33,594 nucleotides of DNA, from IMG/VR virus record IMGVR_UViG_2684622582_000002, positions 1-33,594 of that record; one strand, written 5' to 3'. Source of the stretch: a virus (taxonomy: Duplodnaviria > Heunggongvirae > Uroviricota > Caudoviricetes). A model generated the notes under the pieces. That model made no database searches, was not told the origin of the DNA, and saw nothing but the letters and a program-made list of their open reading frames with translations. Position numbers and translations under genes: made by a program. Positions 1 through 8,887 of this stretch are shown one piece after another (within the stretch, counting starts at the first letter, position 1; every line of letters begins with the position of its first letter).

Positions 1-39
1 TATTTTTTGATGTTTGACATCTATTCATATCCTCATAGA

Positions 40-66
40 TAAAAAATCGCCCTCACACTGGAGGGC
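40..66 (-). terminator. Intrinsic terminator for leftward early transcript
   Basis: Hairpin GCCCTC-ACACTG-GAGGGC (49..66) preceded on the plus strand by AAAAAA (41..46), i.e. a U-run after the stem on the minus strand; lies downstream of the minus-strand ORF ending at 201. Confidence 0.5.
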
Positions 67-200
67 AAAGAAGATTTCCAATAATCAGAACAAGTCGGCT
101 CCTGTTTAGTTACGAGCGACATTGCTCCGTGTATTCACTCGTTGGAATGAATACACAGTGCAGTGTTTATTCTGTTGTTTATGCCAAAAATAAAGGACGA

Positions 201-824
201 TTATGCGACCTCGGAAGGAAGTCCAATCATCTTATTCAAATCTTCTACCCGTAAAGCAGGAAGTGCTGTACTTGCTTTATCTGCTTCTTTTGGTAGCAAT
301 TCTTTGCTTTCAGGCCAAACTTCAATAAGTCGCTTAACTGTTGTGACTGAGTTCAAAGCAGCCCATACATTTGATTCGATATCCTTTTTCCTGACTTCAA
401 GTTTTTGTTGCAATGCGCAGATTTCATCAAACCTTTTTGTTATTTTGTGTTCTGCGTCAAACATGCATTTATCTTTGTCGGGGGTAGGGAGCAATATATC
501 TTCGCCGTTGCCGTCTTTTCCGTATGAATGCCATCCAACTCTTCTTCCAGAGACAGTAAGATAAATCGAACTTGAACGGACATCGCATGAGTAAAATGAA
601 CATCCCAGCTTTTGAAGTTCCTCACTTATAGCCATTAACTTTGATGCCAGCTGATCCACTTCTTCAGTTTTCTTTTTCCCGCCAAACGCAACAACTCTGG
701 CGTCAAGTGCAAGCTGGTTCTTTAGCTTTGTTACTTCTTCAAGTTCAGTGAAAACCCCGGACTTAATTAAAGCGTTACGCGCGATTTTCTCTCTCATTCT
801 CGTAGTTAAGCGGATTGATGACAT
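201..824 (-). CDS. Hypothetical early-left protein (207 aa)
   Basis: Minus-strand ORF starting MSSIRLTT with GAGGAA-type RBS; co-oriented with the N operon. No family recognised. Track ORF extended to 839; start placed at the RBS-proximal ATG. Confidence 0.5.
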   Translation of the reverse strand: MSSIRLTTRMREKIARNALIKSGVFTELEEVTKLKNQLALDARVVAFGGKKKTEEVDQLASKLMAISEELQKLGCSFYSCDVRSSSIYLTVSGRRVGWHSYGKDGNGEDILLPTPDKDKCMFDAEHKITKRFDEICALQQKLEVRKKDIESNVWAALNSVTTVKRLIEVWPESKELLPKEADKASTALPALRVEDLNKMIGLPSEVA

Positions 825-860
825 ATTAATTCCTCTCAAATAAGAAAATAAAGGCCACCA

Positions 861-1061
861 TCAGGCAGCCTTGTTATTCTGTTTACCAAGTTCTCTGGCA
901 ATCATTGCCGTCGTTCGTATTGCCCATTTATCGACATATTTCCCATCTTCCATTACAGGAAACATTTCTTCAGGCTTAACCATGCATTCCGATTGCAGCT
1001 TGCATCCATTGCATCGTTTGAATTGTCCACACCATTGATTTGTATCAATAGTCGTAGTCAT
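861..1061 (-). CDS. ral: Ral-like restriction alleviation protein (66 aa)
   Basis: 66-aa Cys-rich protein (MTTTIDTNQWCGQFKRCNGCKLQSEC...) immediately downstream of the N-like gene, matching size and position of lambda Ral as I recall it. Not verified by search. Confidence 0.5.
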   Translation of the reverse strand: MTTTIDTNQWCGQFKRCNGCKLQSECMVKPEEMFPVMEDGKYVDKWAIRTTAMIARELGKQNNKAA

Positions 1062-1189
1062 ACGGATAGTCCTGGTATTGTTCCATCACATCCTGAGGAT
1101 GCTCTTCGAACTCTTCAAATTCTTCTTCCATATCTCACCTCAAATAAGTGGTTTGCTGCCTAATTTCATTTTCTGGCGACCAACACAAG

Positions 1190-1462
1190 TCATCTTGCTG
1201 TCAGTTGTTTGGATTTCCGGTAGCCTGCCGCGTAAAGAGCTACGTTCGGAAGACAAGTTGAGCCTTCATATTTTCTGGTCAACGTTGTCAGTGTTATTAC
1301 TTCTGCTCTCATTGCTGGTTTGCGCTTGCATTGCAAGACCACTCGAGAGGGGGTTGGTCTGTGTAGCTTGTCGGAGCTAATCGCCTCCTGACTTTGCAGG
1401 TTTGCGCGACGAGCTCTACGACGAGAAGCTGAGGTGCCTTTAAATTCTGTTTTTCTGGACAT
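1190..1462 (-). CDS. N-like transcription antiterminator (P22 gene 24-like), 90 aa
   Basis: Arg-rich motif near N-terminus (SASRRRARRA); C-terminus LPNVALYAAGYRKSKQLTAR closely matches remembered P22 gp24 C-terminus; GGAGG RBS upstream of ATG at 1462; nutL lies directly upstream. Track ORF 1190..1546 is an over-extension. Confidence 0.75.
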   Translation of the reverse strand: MSRKTEFKGTSASRRRARRANLQSQEAISSDKLHRPTPSRVVLQCKRKPAMRAEVITLTTLTRKYEGSTCLPNVALYAAGYRKSKQLTAR

Positions 1463-1560
1463 AGATTCCTCCCGAATAAACTTTGGTGATGCAATCTCGA
1501 AGCTCCTCCTGAGACGGTTGCTTCGGCATTGCATCCCACAGCTCATGTGGTTGGGTGATC

Positions 1561-1607
1561 TGGCTTTTCAGCCACGTAGTCGAGAGTTCGACGTTGTTTA
1601 AAGAGCC
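1561..1607 (-). promoter_or_regulatory. nutL (boxA + boxB)
   Basis: On the minus strand: boxA-like GGCTCTTTAAA, spacer hairpin, then boxB TGGCT-GAAAA-AGCCA (plus 1561..1574). Same architecture as the nutR candidate at 4363..4408. Confidence 0.6.
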
Positions 1608-1649
1608 TGCCAGTCTGTTCCGTTGGGCTTACAGCGTCCTGCTGATGAG

Positions 1650-1770
1650 TTAACTTTATCGGAATGATAAATTCATGGCAATAGCAAAATGATAAATTGT
1701 TTTGGTTTTCAAATATCTTGTTGATTATTATGGTTTTTTATTTGATTGCAGGAATTTATCAGAAGGAATA
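1650..1770 (-). promoter_or_regulatory. OL/PL operator-promoter region (approximate)
   Basis: Repeated TGATAAAT / ATTTATC half-sites (about 1665..1673, 1690..1698, 1754..1760) shared with the OR region at 4038..4110; lies between the immunity-region genes and nutL. Exact -35/-10 not resolved. Confidence 0.4.
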
Positions 1771-1873
1771 AAGAGACTTGAGGGGGATCAGAATTGCGCG
1801 TTTTAGTGAGTTGTATCTGTTTATTTTCCAATAAATACAATCGATTATGTGTTTTTAGGTGGGCGAACGTGAG

Positions 1874-1901
1874 GCAAAGAAAACCCGGCGCTGAGGCCGG
1901 G
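1874..1901 (-). terminator. Intrinsic terminator ending the cI-ORF_A-ORF_B transcript
   Basis: Hairpin CCCGGC-GCTGAG-GCCGGG (1884..1901) with A-rich run on plus strand (1876..1883), i.e. U-run on minus strand, directly after the ORF_B stop at 1907. Confidence 0.55.
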
Positions 1902-1906
1902 TTGTA

Positions 1907-2659
1907 TTATGCTGCAAGTCTCTTAACCCAAGTCTCTCTTTTGGAGAATGGTAGAACTTGGCTTGATTCATGGAAGAGTAAGGAGAGTTGTTGCATTTGG
2001 TCACCAATTGCTTCGCTGTCTATAACAACAAATCTGTTGTTATACTCCTCACTTGATGCTTTAAGATCAATTAGTTTCCCAAGCAATGAGTAAGCACTAT
2101 TCCAGCTTCCTCCGTGTTTCACGCTTGATGTAAAAACGTATTTAGGTATGTCGGTTTTTATTGTTACAGGGACGGTAATTTGATGTCCACTCAAGCCATA
2201 TACGTTTTCACGAAGAGAAAGTGCGTCTCTAAGCTCTGTGTGATATAGATAATCAATAACCATACTTTCAAACTTTTCAGCTTGAACTGGCTGATACCAG
2301 TCTAACGACAAAGTTGATGCGAGTATACCAGCTCTAATTATGTTCGATGTAATCGCACCGACATCCTTTTCTGTTGCCCAAGCAATGATTTCTCCTCGAT
2401 CATTGAGCTCTGCGCCTTCTTTAAGCAGTAATTGTCGTATCTCATCAAGTCGTTTTTTGGTAAGCGAGATCCCTCTTGCCTCCATATTCATTAAGGCATC
2501 GCATCTATCACTAACTAAATACCTACCATTGACTTCACGGATAAAGGCACCGACATGCTCTCCATCATCACAGTAAGTGAATGGACTGATAATTCTCAAG
2601 GTCTTGCCTATTGGATGGCATTCGAAACCTAGTTGTGAGATCACTGTTGAGCACATCAT
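1907..2659 (-). CDS. Hypothetical protein ORF_B (250 aa), second gene of immunity-region insert
   Basis: Long ORF with protein-like composition; start ATG overlaps the ORF_A stop (ATGA coupling); followed by a terminator. No family recognised. Confidence 0.6.
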   Translation of the reverse strand: MMCSTVISQLGFECHPIGKTLRIISPFTYCDDGEHVGAFIREVNGRYLVSDRCDALMNMEARGISLTKKRLDEIRQLLLKEGAELNDRGEIIAWATEKDVGAITSNIIRAGILASTLSLDWYQPVQAEKFESMVIDYLYHTELRDALSLRENVYGLSGHQITVPVTIKTDIPKYVFTSSVKHGGSWNSAYSLLGKLIDLKASSEEYNNRFVVIDSEAIGDQMQQLSLLFHESSQVLPFSKRETWVKRLAA

Positions 2660-3213
2660 ATTCCAAACCCCATTTGCCCCGACTCATCTTCAAGTGGTAA
2701 AGGTATTCTCCCAGAGTAAGTTATGTTCAGATGTTTACAGAAGTAATTCCAATACCCTACCAGGTCATCTGGGTTTATGTCATCTTCGATTGGAAACGCT
2801 ATTCTATCACTATAGTATCCAGCTTCTTCATAGTATACATGGTAGTGAGCACCGTAAATGATATCTTGGTACTTCGGATGATCGACCTTGTAACTATTCG
2901 TGTGTTTGTCAAAGTGATAGGTATCTACCGCGAAAACCCTCTTGTTATGATAGAAAGCAATAATATTTATTTTAGGGTAAGAAATCGGGTCATCAGGTTC
3001 TGAATCCTGATCTGGTTTCCATTTCAGTTCAAACTTTAGCCCTTGTATAGGTATACAATCCTCATCCAAGGGGATGATATGAGCTTGTAGCCACATATCA
3101 GAGCGACTTGGTTTCTGTTTCCATTTAACGCCAGAAAAGTTAACTATTTTTTTACAATAAAGTACTTTATCAACTTCTACTTGGCTTGGCTGATAATCAT
3201 CTATTTTTGCCAA
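2656..3213 (-). CDS. Hypothetical protein ORF_A (185 aa), first gene of immunity-region insert
   Basis: ORF begins at TTG (3213..3211) right after an in-frame TAA, with GGGCGG upstream; first in-frame ATG would be codon 40. Tyr/Asp/His-rich, no obvious hydrophobic segments. No family recognised. Confidence 0.55.
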   Translation of the reverse strand: MAKIDDYQPSQVEVDKVLYCKKIVNFSGVKWKQKPSRSDMWLQAHIIPLDEDCIPIQGLKFELKWKPDQDSEPDDPISYPKINIIAFYHNKRVFAVDTYHFDKHTNSYKVDHPKYQDIIYGAHYHVYYEEAGYYSDRIAFPIEDDINPDDLVGYWNYFCKHLNITYSGRIPLPLEDESGQMGFGI

Positions 3214-3303
3214 TGTTTACCGCCCTGTAAATTGTAGATAAAAGTGGTTTCATCACCCAAACGTCTCTTCAGGCCACTGGTTACCAGCTATGTGACGATG
3301 AAG

Positions 3304-4008
3304 TCACGAACTTTTCAGCCACTCCCTTGCCTCGATGTCATCCAGATGGCGAGATTGCTTCAGAATACCAGCTACATACTCCACCTTTGCTACTTGATGA
3401 TAAGGCAACGTTATTGGCCTATGATCTTGGTTGATGCTTGTAAATTGGTATTCTCCGTCTCTGTCATAGCCAAGAACTTTGATCATGTTGTGTCCTTCAA
3501 CAGTTCTGACAAACACCTCATCCCCCGGGAATACTTTGGTGTTAGGCTCAATGAGTACATATTCTCCTGATTTTATTCTGGGCCACATGCTGTCTCCTTT
3601 CACACGAAGACCAAAGGCATCTGGATCATCGCTATAAATCTTGAGCCACCCATCGCGCTCTTCGGTCATCTCGATGGCACCATCAACACCAAGAATTGCC
3701 TCACCAACCACGCGCACTAACCCTTTTCTTACCTGACCGACAAAAGTTAAAGAATCTGAGCATGATGCAATTGGTGTTACATCATGTACCAAATCAAGCC
3801 ACCCATTAGGTAACCCAAGTGCGGCTTCGAATTTTCTTGCTAGTTTATCCCCTATGTTTCGAGTGCTTTTTTCACCGGAGACTTGCGTGAGTTGAGAAGG
3901 GCTAACTCCAAGCTTATCGGCAAAGCTTGCATTAGTGTTACCCGCGATTTTTTTATGCTCATCTAGCAAAAACGCCAGATTCGATTTGCGAATATCTTTG
4001 TTTTCCAT
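3304..4008 (-). CDS. CI-type prophage repressor (HTH + LexA-like S24 peptidase domain), 234 aa
   Basis: N-terminal HTH (ASFADKLGVSPSQLTQV), C-terminal autocleavage motif (VKGDSMWP ... K); divergent from the cro-like gene across an operator region. Confidence 0.9.
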   Translation of the reverse strand: MENKDIRKSNLAFLLDEHKKIAGNTNASFADKLGVSPSQLTQVSGEKSTRNIGDKLARKFEAALGLPNGWLDLVHDVTPIASCSDSLTFVGQVRKGLVRVVGEAILGVDGAIEMTEERDGWLKIYSDDPDAFGLRVKGDSMWPRIKSGEYVLIEPNTKVFPGDEVFVRTVEGHNMIKVLGYDRDGEYQFTSINQDHRPITLPYHQVAKVEYVAGILKQSRHLDDIEAREWLKSS

Positions 4009-4121
4009 CCCACGATTCTCCCTCTATTTAGCAAATGGATAAATACGCATTTTGATAAATCTTTATTGCAGTTGATTTATCAAAATGGTAAAGTTGCTCT
4101 GTGTGATAAACGGAGGCACTA
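4009..4121. promoter_or_regulatory. OR operators with divergent PRM/PR
   Basis: Multiple TGATAAAT / ATTTATCA half-sites (4038..4044, 4053..4060, 4076..4083, 4104..4110) between divergent repressor and cro; GGAGG RBS at 4112..4116 before cro ATG. Confidence 0.6.
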
Positions 4122-4355
4122 ATGAGTAATGAACTACTACGCTGGCGAAAAGAGGCTTCTAGTGAGGAATGGAAGCGACTCGCCGCATTAGCGAATACTT
4201 CAGTTGGCTATCTTGATCAGATTGCATATGGGTTTCGAAGAGCTTCCCCAGATAAAGCGAATGCAATCGAAGAAGCCACTCGTAATTTCACGGGTTATAA
4301 ACCTGTGAAAAAGGAAAATCTGGTGTTCGTATCGCGTAGAGCATCAGCAGCATAA
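4122..4355 (+). CDS. Cro-like regulator (77 aa)
   Basis: Small ORF divergent from repressor, first gene of rightward operon; helix-turn-helix-like segment NTSVGYLDQIAYG. Confidence 0.7.
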   Translation: MSNELLRWRKEASSEEWKRLAALANTSVGYLDQIAYGFRRASPDKANAIEEATRNFTGYKPVKKENLVFVSRRASAA

Positions 4356-4362
4356 GTAACCC

Positions 4363-4408
4363 CGCTCTTTGTAACAACGGACATTCGTCCTACGTCGCTG
4401 AAAAGCGA
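4363..4408 (+). promoter_or_regulatory. nutR (boxA + boxB)
   Basis: boxA CGCTCTTTG (4363..4371), spacer hairpin GGAC-ATTC-GTCC, boxB TCGCT-GAAAA-AGCGA (4395..4408); parallel to nutL. Confidence 0.6.
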
Positions 4409-4493
4409 GCCCCAAGATATCTGACCAACTAAGGACATATGCGTTTCCACGCATACCTTTCAACTAACTATTCACTATTGGAAATCTTAAGAA

Positions 4494-4790
4494 ATGGAAC
4501 AAACAAGTTACAGCAAACTATCACAGCGTGACGTTGATCGCGCAGAAACAGATTTACTCATCAACCTGTCAACGCTTACCCAGCGCGGTCTGGCAAAGAT
4601 GATTGGCTGTCATGAATCGAAGATAAGCAGAACAGACTGGAGGTTTATTGCTTCGGTCTTGTGTGCTTTCGGAATGGCATCAGACATCAGTCCGATTAGT
4701 AGGGCTTTTAAGTATGCGCTTGATGGAATCACAAAGAAAAAATCCCCGGTGGCCGCCGGGGACTCTAAGCAAATTGATATGCAATTCTGA
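4494..4790 (+). CDS. cII: CII-like transcriptional activator (98 aa)
   Basis: Size, position after cro/nutR, and C-terminus KKKSPVAAGDSKQIDMQF resembling remembered lambda CII C-terminus. Confidence 0.75.
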   Translation: MEQTSYSKLSQRDVDRAETDLLINLSTLTQRGLAKMIGCHESKISRTDWRFIASVLCAFGMASDISPISRAFKYALDGITKKKSPVAAGDSKQIDMQF

Positions 4791-4822
4791 GGGAATTACT
4801 GGATCAATCCACAGGAGTCATT

Positions 4823-5722
4823 ATGACAAATACAGCAAAAATACTCAACTTCGGCAGAGGTAACTTTGCCGAACAGGAGCGTAATGTGGCAGATCTCGAT
4901 GATGGTTACGCCAGACTATCAAATATGCTGCTTGAGGCTTATTCGGGCGCAGATCTGACCAAGCGACAGTTTAAAGTGCTGCTTGCCATTCTGCGTAAAA
5001 CCTATGGGTGGAATAAACCTATGGACAGAATCACCGATTCTCAACTTAGCGAGATTACAAAGTTACCTGTCAAACGATGCAATGAAGCCAAGTTAGAACT
5101 CGTCAGAATGAATATTATCAAGCAGCAAGGCGGCATGTTTGGACCAAATAAAAACATCTCAGAATGGTGTATCCCTCAAAACGAGGGAAAATCCCCTAAA
5201 ACGAGGGATAAAACATCCCTCAAATTGGGGGATTGCTATCCCTCAAAACAGGGGGACACAAAAGACACTATTACAAAAGAAAAAAGAAAAGATTATTCGT
5301 CAGAGAATTCTGGCGAATCCTCTGACCAGCCAGAAAACGATCTTTCTGTGGTTAAACCGGATGCTGCAATTCAGAGCGGCAGCAAGTGGGGAACAGCAGA
5401 AGACCTGACCGCCGCAGAGTGGATGTTTGACATGGTGAAGACCATCGCGCCATCAGCCAGAAAACCGAATTTTGCAGGGTGGGCTAACGATATCCGCCTG
5501 ATGCGTGAACGTGACGGACGTAACCATCGCGACATGTGCGTACTGTTCCGCTGGGCATGCCAGGACAACTTCTGGTCCGGTAACGTGCTGAGCCCGGCCA
5601 AACTCCGCGACAAGTGGACCCAGCTCGAAATCAACCGTAACAAGCAACAGGCAGGCGTGACAGCCAGCAAACCAAAACTCGACCTGACAAACACTGACTG
5701 GATTTACGGGGTGGATTTATGA
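4823..5722 (+). CDS. O: Replication initiator O (lambda O-like), 299 aa
   Basis: Protein MTNTAKILNFGRGNFAEQERNVADLDDGYARL... matches remembered lambda O almost residue for residue; iterons and AT-rich ori lie inside the gene. Confidence 0.95.
   Translation: MTNTAKILNFGRGNFAEQERNVADLDDGYARLSNMLLEAYSGADLTKRQFKVLLAILRKTYGWNKPMDRITDSQLSEITKLPVKRCNEAKLELVRMNIIKQQGGMFGPNKNISEWCIPQNEGKSPKTRDKTSLKLGDCYPSKQGDTKDTITKEKRKDYSSENSGESSDQPENDLSVVKPDAAIQSGSKWGTAEDLTAAEWMFDMVKTIAPSARKPNFAGWANDIRLMRERDGRNHRDMCVLFRWACQDNFWSGNVLSPAKLRDKWTQLEINRNKQQAGVTASKPKLDLTNTDWIYGVDL
5171..5300 (+). repeat. ori-lambda-type origin: four iterons plus AT-rich region
   Basis: Four ~19-bp repeats of the form ATCCCTCAAAACGAGGGA (about 5171..5189, 5191..5209, 5214..5233, 5237..5258) followed by an A-rich stretch (5260..5300). 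Confidence 0.85.
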
Positions 5723-6420
5723 AAAACATCGCCGCACAGATGGTTAACTTTGACCGTGAGCAGATGCGTCGGATCGCCAACAACATGCCGGAACAGTACG
5801 ACGAAAAGCCGCAGGTACAGCAGGTAGCGCAGATCATCAACGGTGTGTTCAGCCAGTTACTGGCAACTTTCCCGGCGAGTCTGGCTAACCGTGACCAGAA
5901 CGAACTGAACGAAATCCGCCGCCAGTGGGTTCTGGCTTTCCGGGAAAACGGGATCACCACAATGGAACAGGTTAACGCAGGAATGCGCGTAGCCCGTCGG
6001 CAGAATCGACCATTTCTGCCATCACCCGGGCAGTTTGTTGCATGGTGCCGGGAAGAAGCATCCGTTATCGCCGGACTGCCAAACGTCAGCGAGCTGGTTG
6101 ATATGGTTTACGAGTATTGCCGGAAGCGAGGCCTGTATCCGGATGCGGAGTCTTATCCGTGGAAATCAAACGCGCACTACTGGCTGGTTACCAACCTGTA
6201 TCAGAACATGCGGGCCAATGCGCTTACTGATGCGGAATTACGCCGTAAGGCCGCAGATGAGCTTGTCCATATGACTGCGAGAATTAACCGTGGTGAGGCG
6301 ATCCCTGAACCAGTAAAACAACTTCCTGTCATGGGCGGTAGACCTCTAAATCGTGCACAGGCTCTGGCGAAGATCGCAGAAATCAAAGCTAAGTTCGGAC
6401 TGAAAGGAGCAAGTGTATGA
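5719..6420 (+). CDS. P: Replication protein P (DnaB helicase loader), 233 aa
   Basis: Protein MKNIAAQMVNFDREQMRRIANNMPEQYDEKPQ... matches remembered lambda P; overlaps the O stop. Confidence 0.95.
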   Translation: MKNIAAQMVNFDREQMRRIANNMPEQYDEKPQVQQVAQIINGVFSQLLATFPASLANRDQNELNEIRRQWVLAFRENGITTMEQVNAGMRVARRQNRPFLPSPGQFVAWCREEASVIAGLPNVSELVDMVYEYCRKRGLYPDAESYPWKSNAHYWLVTNLYQNMRANALTDAELRRKAADELVHMTARINRGEAIPEPVKQLPVMGGRPLNRAQALAKIAEIKAKFGLKGASV

Positions 6421-6707
6421 CGGGCAAAGAGGCAATTATTCATTACCTGGGGACGCATAATAGCTTCTGTGCGCCGGACGTTGCCGCGGTAACAGGCGCA
6501 ACAGTAACCAGCATAAATCAGGCCGCGGCTAAAATGGCACGGGCAGGTCTTCTGGTTATCGAAGGTAAGGTCTGGCGAACGGTGTATTACCGGTTTGCTA
6601 CCAGGGAAGAACGGGAAGGAAAGATGAGCACGAACCTGATTTTTAAGGAGTGTCGCCAGAGTGCCGCGATGAAACGGGTATTGGCGGTATATGGAGTTAA
6701 AAGATGA
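6417..6707 (+). CDS. ren: Ren (Rex exclusion-escape) protein, 96 aa
   Basis: Protein MTGKEAIIHYLGTHNSFCAPDVAA... matches remembered lambda Ren; position after P. Confidence 0.85.
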   Translation: MTGKEAIIHYLGTHNSFCAPDVAAVTGATVTSINQAAAKMARAGLLVIEGKVWRTVYYRFATREEREGKMSTNLIFKECRQSAAMKRVLAVYGVKR

Positions 6708-6731
6708 CCATCTACATCACTGAGCTAATAA

Positions 6732-6763
6732 CAGGCCTGCTGGTAATCGCAGGCCTTTTTATT
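6732..6763 (+). terminator. tR2-like intrinsic terminator
   Basis: Hairpin CAGGCCTGC-TGGTAATC-GCAGGCCT followed by TTTTTATTT, between ren and ninB. Confidence 0.6.
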
Positions 6764-6780
6764 TGGGGGAGAGGGAAGTC

Positions 6781-7221
6781 ATGAAAAAACTAACCTTTGA
6801 AATTCGATCTCCAGCACATCAGCAAAACGCTATTCACGCGGTACAGCAAATTCTTCCAGACCCAACCAAACCAATCGTAGTAACCATTCAGGAACGCAAC
6901 CGCAGCTTAGACCAGAATCGAAAGCTTTGGGCTTGCCTTGGTGACGTCTCTCGTCAGGTTGAATGGCATGGTCGCTGGCTGGATGCAGAAAGCTGGAAGT
7001 GTGTGTTTACCGCAGCATTAAAGCAGCAGGATGTTGTTCCTAACCTTGCCGGGAATGGCTTTGTGGTAATAGGCCAGTCAACCAGCAGGATGCGTGTAAG
7101 CGAATTTGCGGAGCTATTAGAGCTTATACAGGCATTCGGTACAGAGCGTGGCGTTAAGTGGTCAGACGAAGCGCGACTGGCTCTCGAATGGAAAGCGCGA
7201 TGGGGAGACAGGGCGGCATGA
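6781..7221 (+). CDS. ninB: NinB (Orf-family recombination protein), 146 aa
   Basis: Protein [23 protein letters not shown]... matches remembered lambda NinB; start placed at MKKLT rather than the track start at 6763. Confidence 0.9.
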   Translation: MKKLTFEIRSPAHQQNAIHAVQQILPDPTKPIVVTIQERNRSLDQNRKLWACLGDVSRQVEWHGRWLDAESWKCVFTAALKQQDVVPNLAGNGFVVIGQSTSRMRVSEFAELLELIQAFGTERGVKWSDEARLALEWKARWGDRAA

Positions 7222-7400
7222 GACGACAGCGACGAAGTATCACCGACATCATCTGCGAAAACTGCAAATACCTTCCAACGAAACGCTCCAGAAATAAACG
7301 CAAGCCAATCCCAAAAGAATCTGACGTAAAAACCTTCAACTACACGGCTCACCTGTGGGATATCCGGTGGCTAAGACATCGTGCGAGGAAAACAAGGTGA
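7218..7400 (+). CDS. ninE: NinE-like protein (60 aa)
   Basis: [36 protein letters not shown]... matches remembered lambda NinE; start overlaps ninB stop. Confidence 0.7.
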   Translation: MRRQRRSITDIICENCKYLPTKRSRNKRKPIPKESDVKTFNYTAHLWDIRWLRHRARKTR

Positions 7401-7567
7401 TTGACCAAAATCGAAGTTACGAACAAGAAAGCGTCGAGCGGGCTTTAACGTGCGCTAATTGCGGTCAGAAGCTGCATGTGCTGGAAGTTCACGTGTGCTC
7501 CGATTGCTGCGCAGAACTGATGAGCGATCCGAATAGCTCAATGTACGAGGAAGAAGACGATGAATGA
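7397..7567 (+). CDS. ninF: NinF-like protein (56 aa, GTG start)
   Basis: [48 protein letters not shown]... matches remembered lambda NinF; no in-frame ATG at the conserved N-terminus, so GTG at 7397 is inferred. Confidence 0.6.
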   Translation: MIDQNRSYEQESVERALTCANCGQKLHVLEVHVCSDCCAELMSDPNSSMYEEEDDE

Positions 7568-8282
7568 GTTAATAAATGGCAATGCCATCAAAATGACAAG
7601 CATTGAAATCGCTGAGTTGGTGGGAAGTCGTCATGACAAGGTGAAACAATCTATTGAACGACTGGCGGCTCGAGGTGTGATCCGAAATCCCCCAATGGTG
7701 GTTTTCGAAAAAATCAATAACTTAGGATTGCTTCGTGGCGTAGAGGCTTACGTTTTTGAGGGCGAACAAGGTAAGCGAGACAGCATTATTGTCGTCGCTC
7801 AGTTGTCGCCGGAATTCACCGCTCGTCTTGTTGACCGTTGGCGAGAGCTTGAAGAATCTGCGGTTAATATCCCCAAAACGCTACCAGAAGCGTTGCGCCT
7901 TGCTGCTGATCTTGCTGAGCAGAAAATGCAACTGGAAAACCAGCTCGCAATTGCCGCACCTAAAGTTGAGTTTGCCGATCGCGTTGGCGAGGCCAGCGGA
8001 ATTTTGATTGGAAACTTTGCAAAGGTTGTTGGAATTGGTCCAAACAAACTGTTTGCGTGGATGCGCGATCACAAAATCCTTATTGCTTCAGGTTCCCGGC
8101 GCAATGTGCCAATGCAGGAATATATGGAGCGCGGCTATTTCACAGTGAAAGAAACAGCGGTCAACACAAATCACGGAATACAGATATCGTTCACCACAAA
8201 AATCACCGGGCGTGGTCAACAGTGGCTGACCAGAAAGCTGCTCGATAACGGAATGCTGAAAGTAACAGGGGAGGCTGCTTAA
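7560..8282 (+). CDS. Rha-family phage regulatory / antirepressor-like protein (240 aa)
   Basis: Placement inside the nin region where lambda has ninC/D; N-terminal region resembles Rha-type phage regulatory proteins (from memory, unverified). Confidence 0.5.
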   Translation: MNELINGNAIKMTSIEIAELVGSRHDKVKQSIERLAARGVIRNPPMVVFEKINNLGLLRGVEAYVFEGEQGKRDSIIVVAQLSPEFTARLVDRWRELEESAVNIPKTLPEALRLAADLAEQKMQLENQLAIAAPKVEFADRVGEASGILIGNFAKVVGIGPNKLFAWMRDHKILIASGSRRNVPMQEYMERGYFTVKETAVNTNHGIQISFTTKITGRGQQWLTRKLLDNGMLKVTGEAA

Positions 8283-8887
8283 TGGCTAAACCAGCGCGAA
8301 GGAAATGCAAAATATGCAAGGAATGGTTTCACCCGGCATTCTCAAATCAGTGGTGGTGCTGCCCGGAACACGGAACTCAGTTAGCACTCGAACTACAAAG
8401 TAAACAGCGAAAAAAAGCGGAAAAAGCAGCAGAGAAGAAACGGCGACGAGAGGAGCAGAAACAGAAAGATAAACTTAAGATTCGAAAACTCGCCTTAAAG
8501 CCCCGCAGTTACTGGATTAAACAAGCCCAACAAGCCGTAAACGCCTTCATCAGAGAAAGAGACCGCGACTTACCATGTATCTCGTGCGGAACGCTCACGT
8601 CTGCTCAGTGGGATGCCGGGCATTACCGGACAACTGCTGCGGCGCCTCAACTCCGATTTGATGAACGCAATATTCACAAGCAATGCGTGGTATGCAACCA
8701 ACATAAAAGCGGAAATCTCGTTCCGTATCGCGTCGAACTGATTAACCGCATCGGGCAGGAAGCAGTAGACGAAATCGAATCAAACCATAACCGCCATCGC
8801 TGGACTGTCGAAGAGTGCAGGGCCATCAAGGCGGAGTATCAACAGAAACTTAAAAAACTGCGAAACAGCAGAAGTGAGGCTGCATGA
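8282..8887 (+). CDS. ninG: NinG / Rap recombination-associated protein (201 aa)
   Basis: Cys-rich N-terminus ([10 protein letters not shown]...CCPEHG) and overall similarity to remembered lambda NinG; correct position before the phosphatase. Confidence 0.85.
   Translation: MAKPARRKCKICKEWFHPAFSNQWWCCPEHGTQLALELQSKQRKKAEKAAEKKRRREEQKQKDKLKIRKLALKPRSYWIKQAQQAVNAFIRERDRDLPCISCGTLTSAQWDAGHYRTTAAAPQLRFDERNIHKQCVVCNQHKSGNLVPYRVELINRIGQEAVDEIESNHNRHRWTVEECRAIKAEYQQKLKKLRNSRSEAA

Noticed and set aside
163-564. 133-aa plus-strand ORF
   Set aside because: Overlaps antisense the 201..824 minus-strand gene, which has an RBS and is co-oriented with the N operon.
1078-1380. 100-aa plus-strand ORF
   Set aside because: Antisense to the N-like antiterminator gene; no RBS; hydrophobic low-complexity translation.
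1463-1546. N-terminal extension of the N-like ORF (track start at 1546)
   Set aside because: The extension runs into the nutL region and lacks an RBS; the ATG at 1462 has a GGAGG RBS and gives a 90-aa product like P22 gp24.
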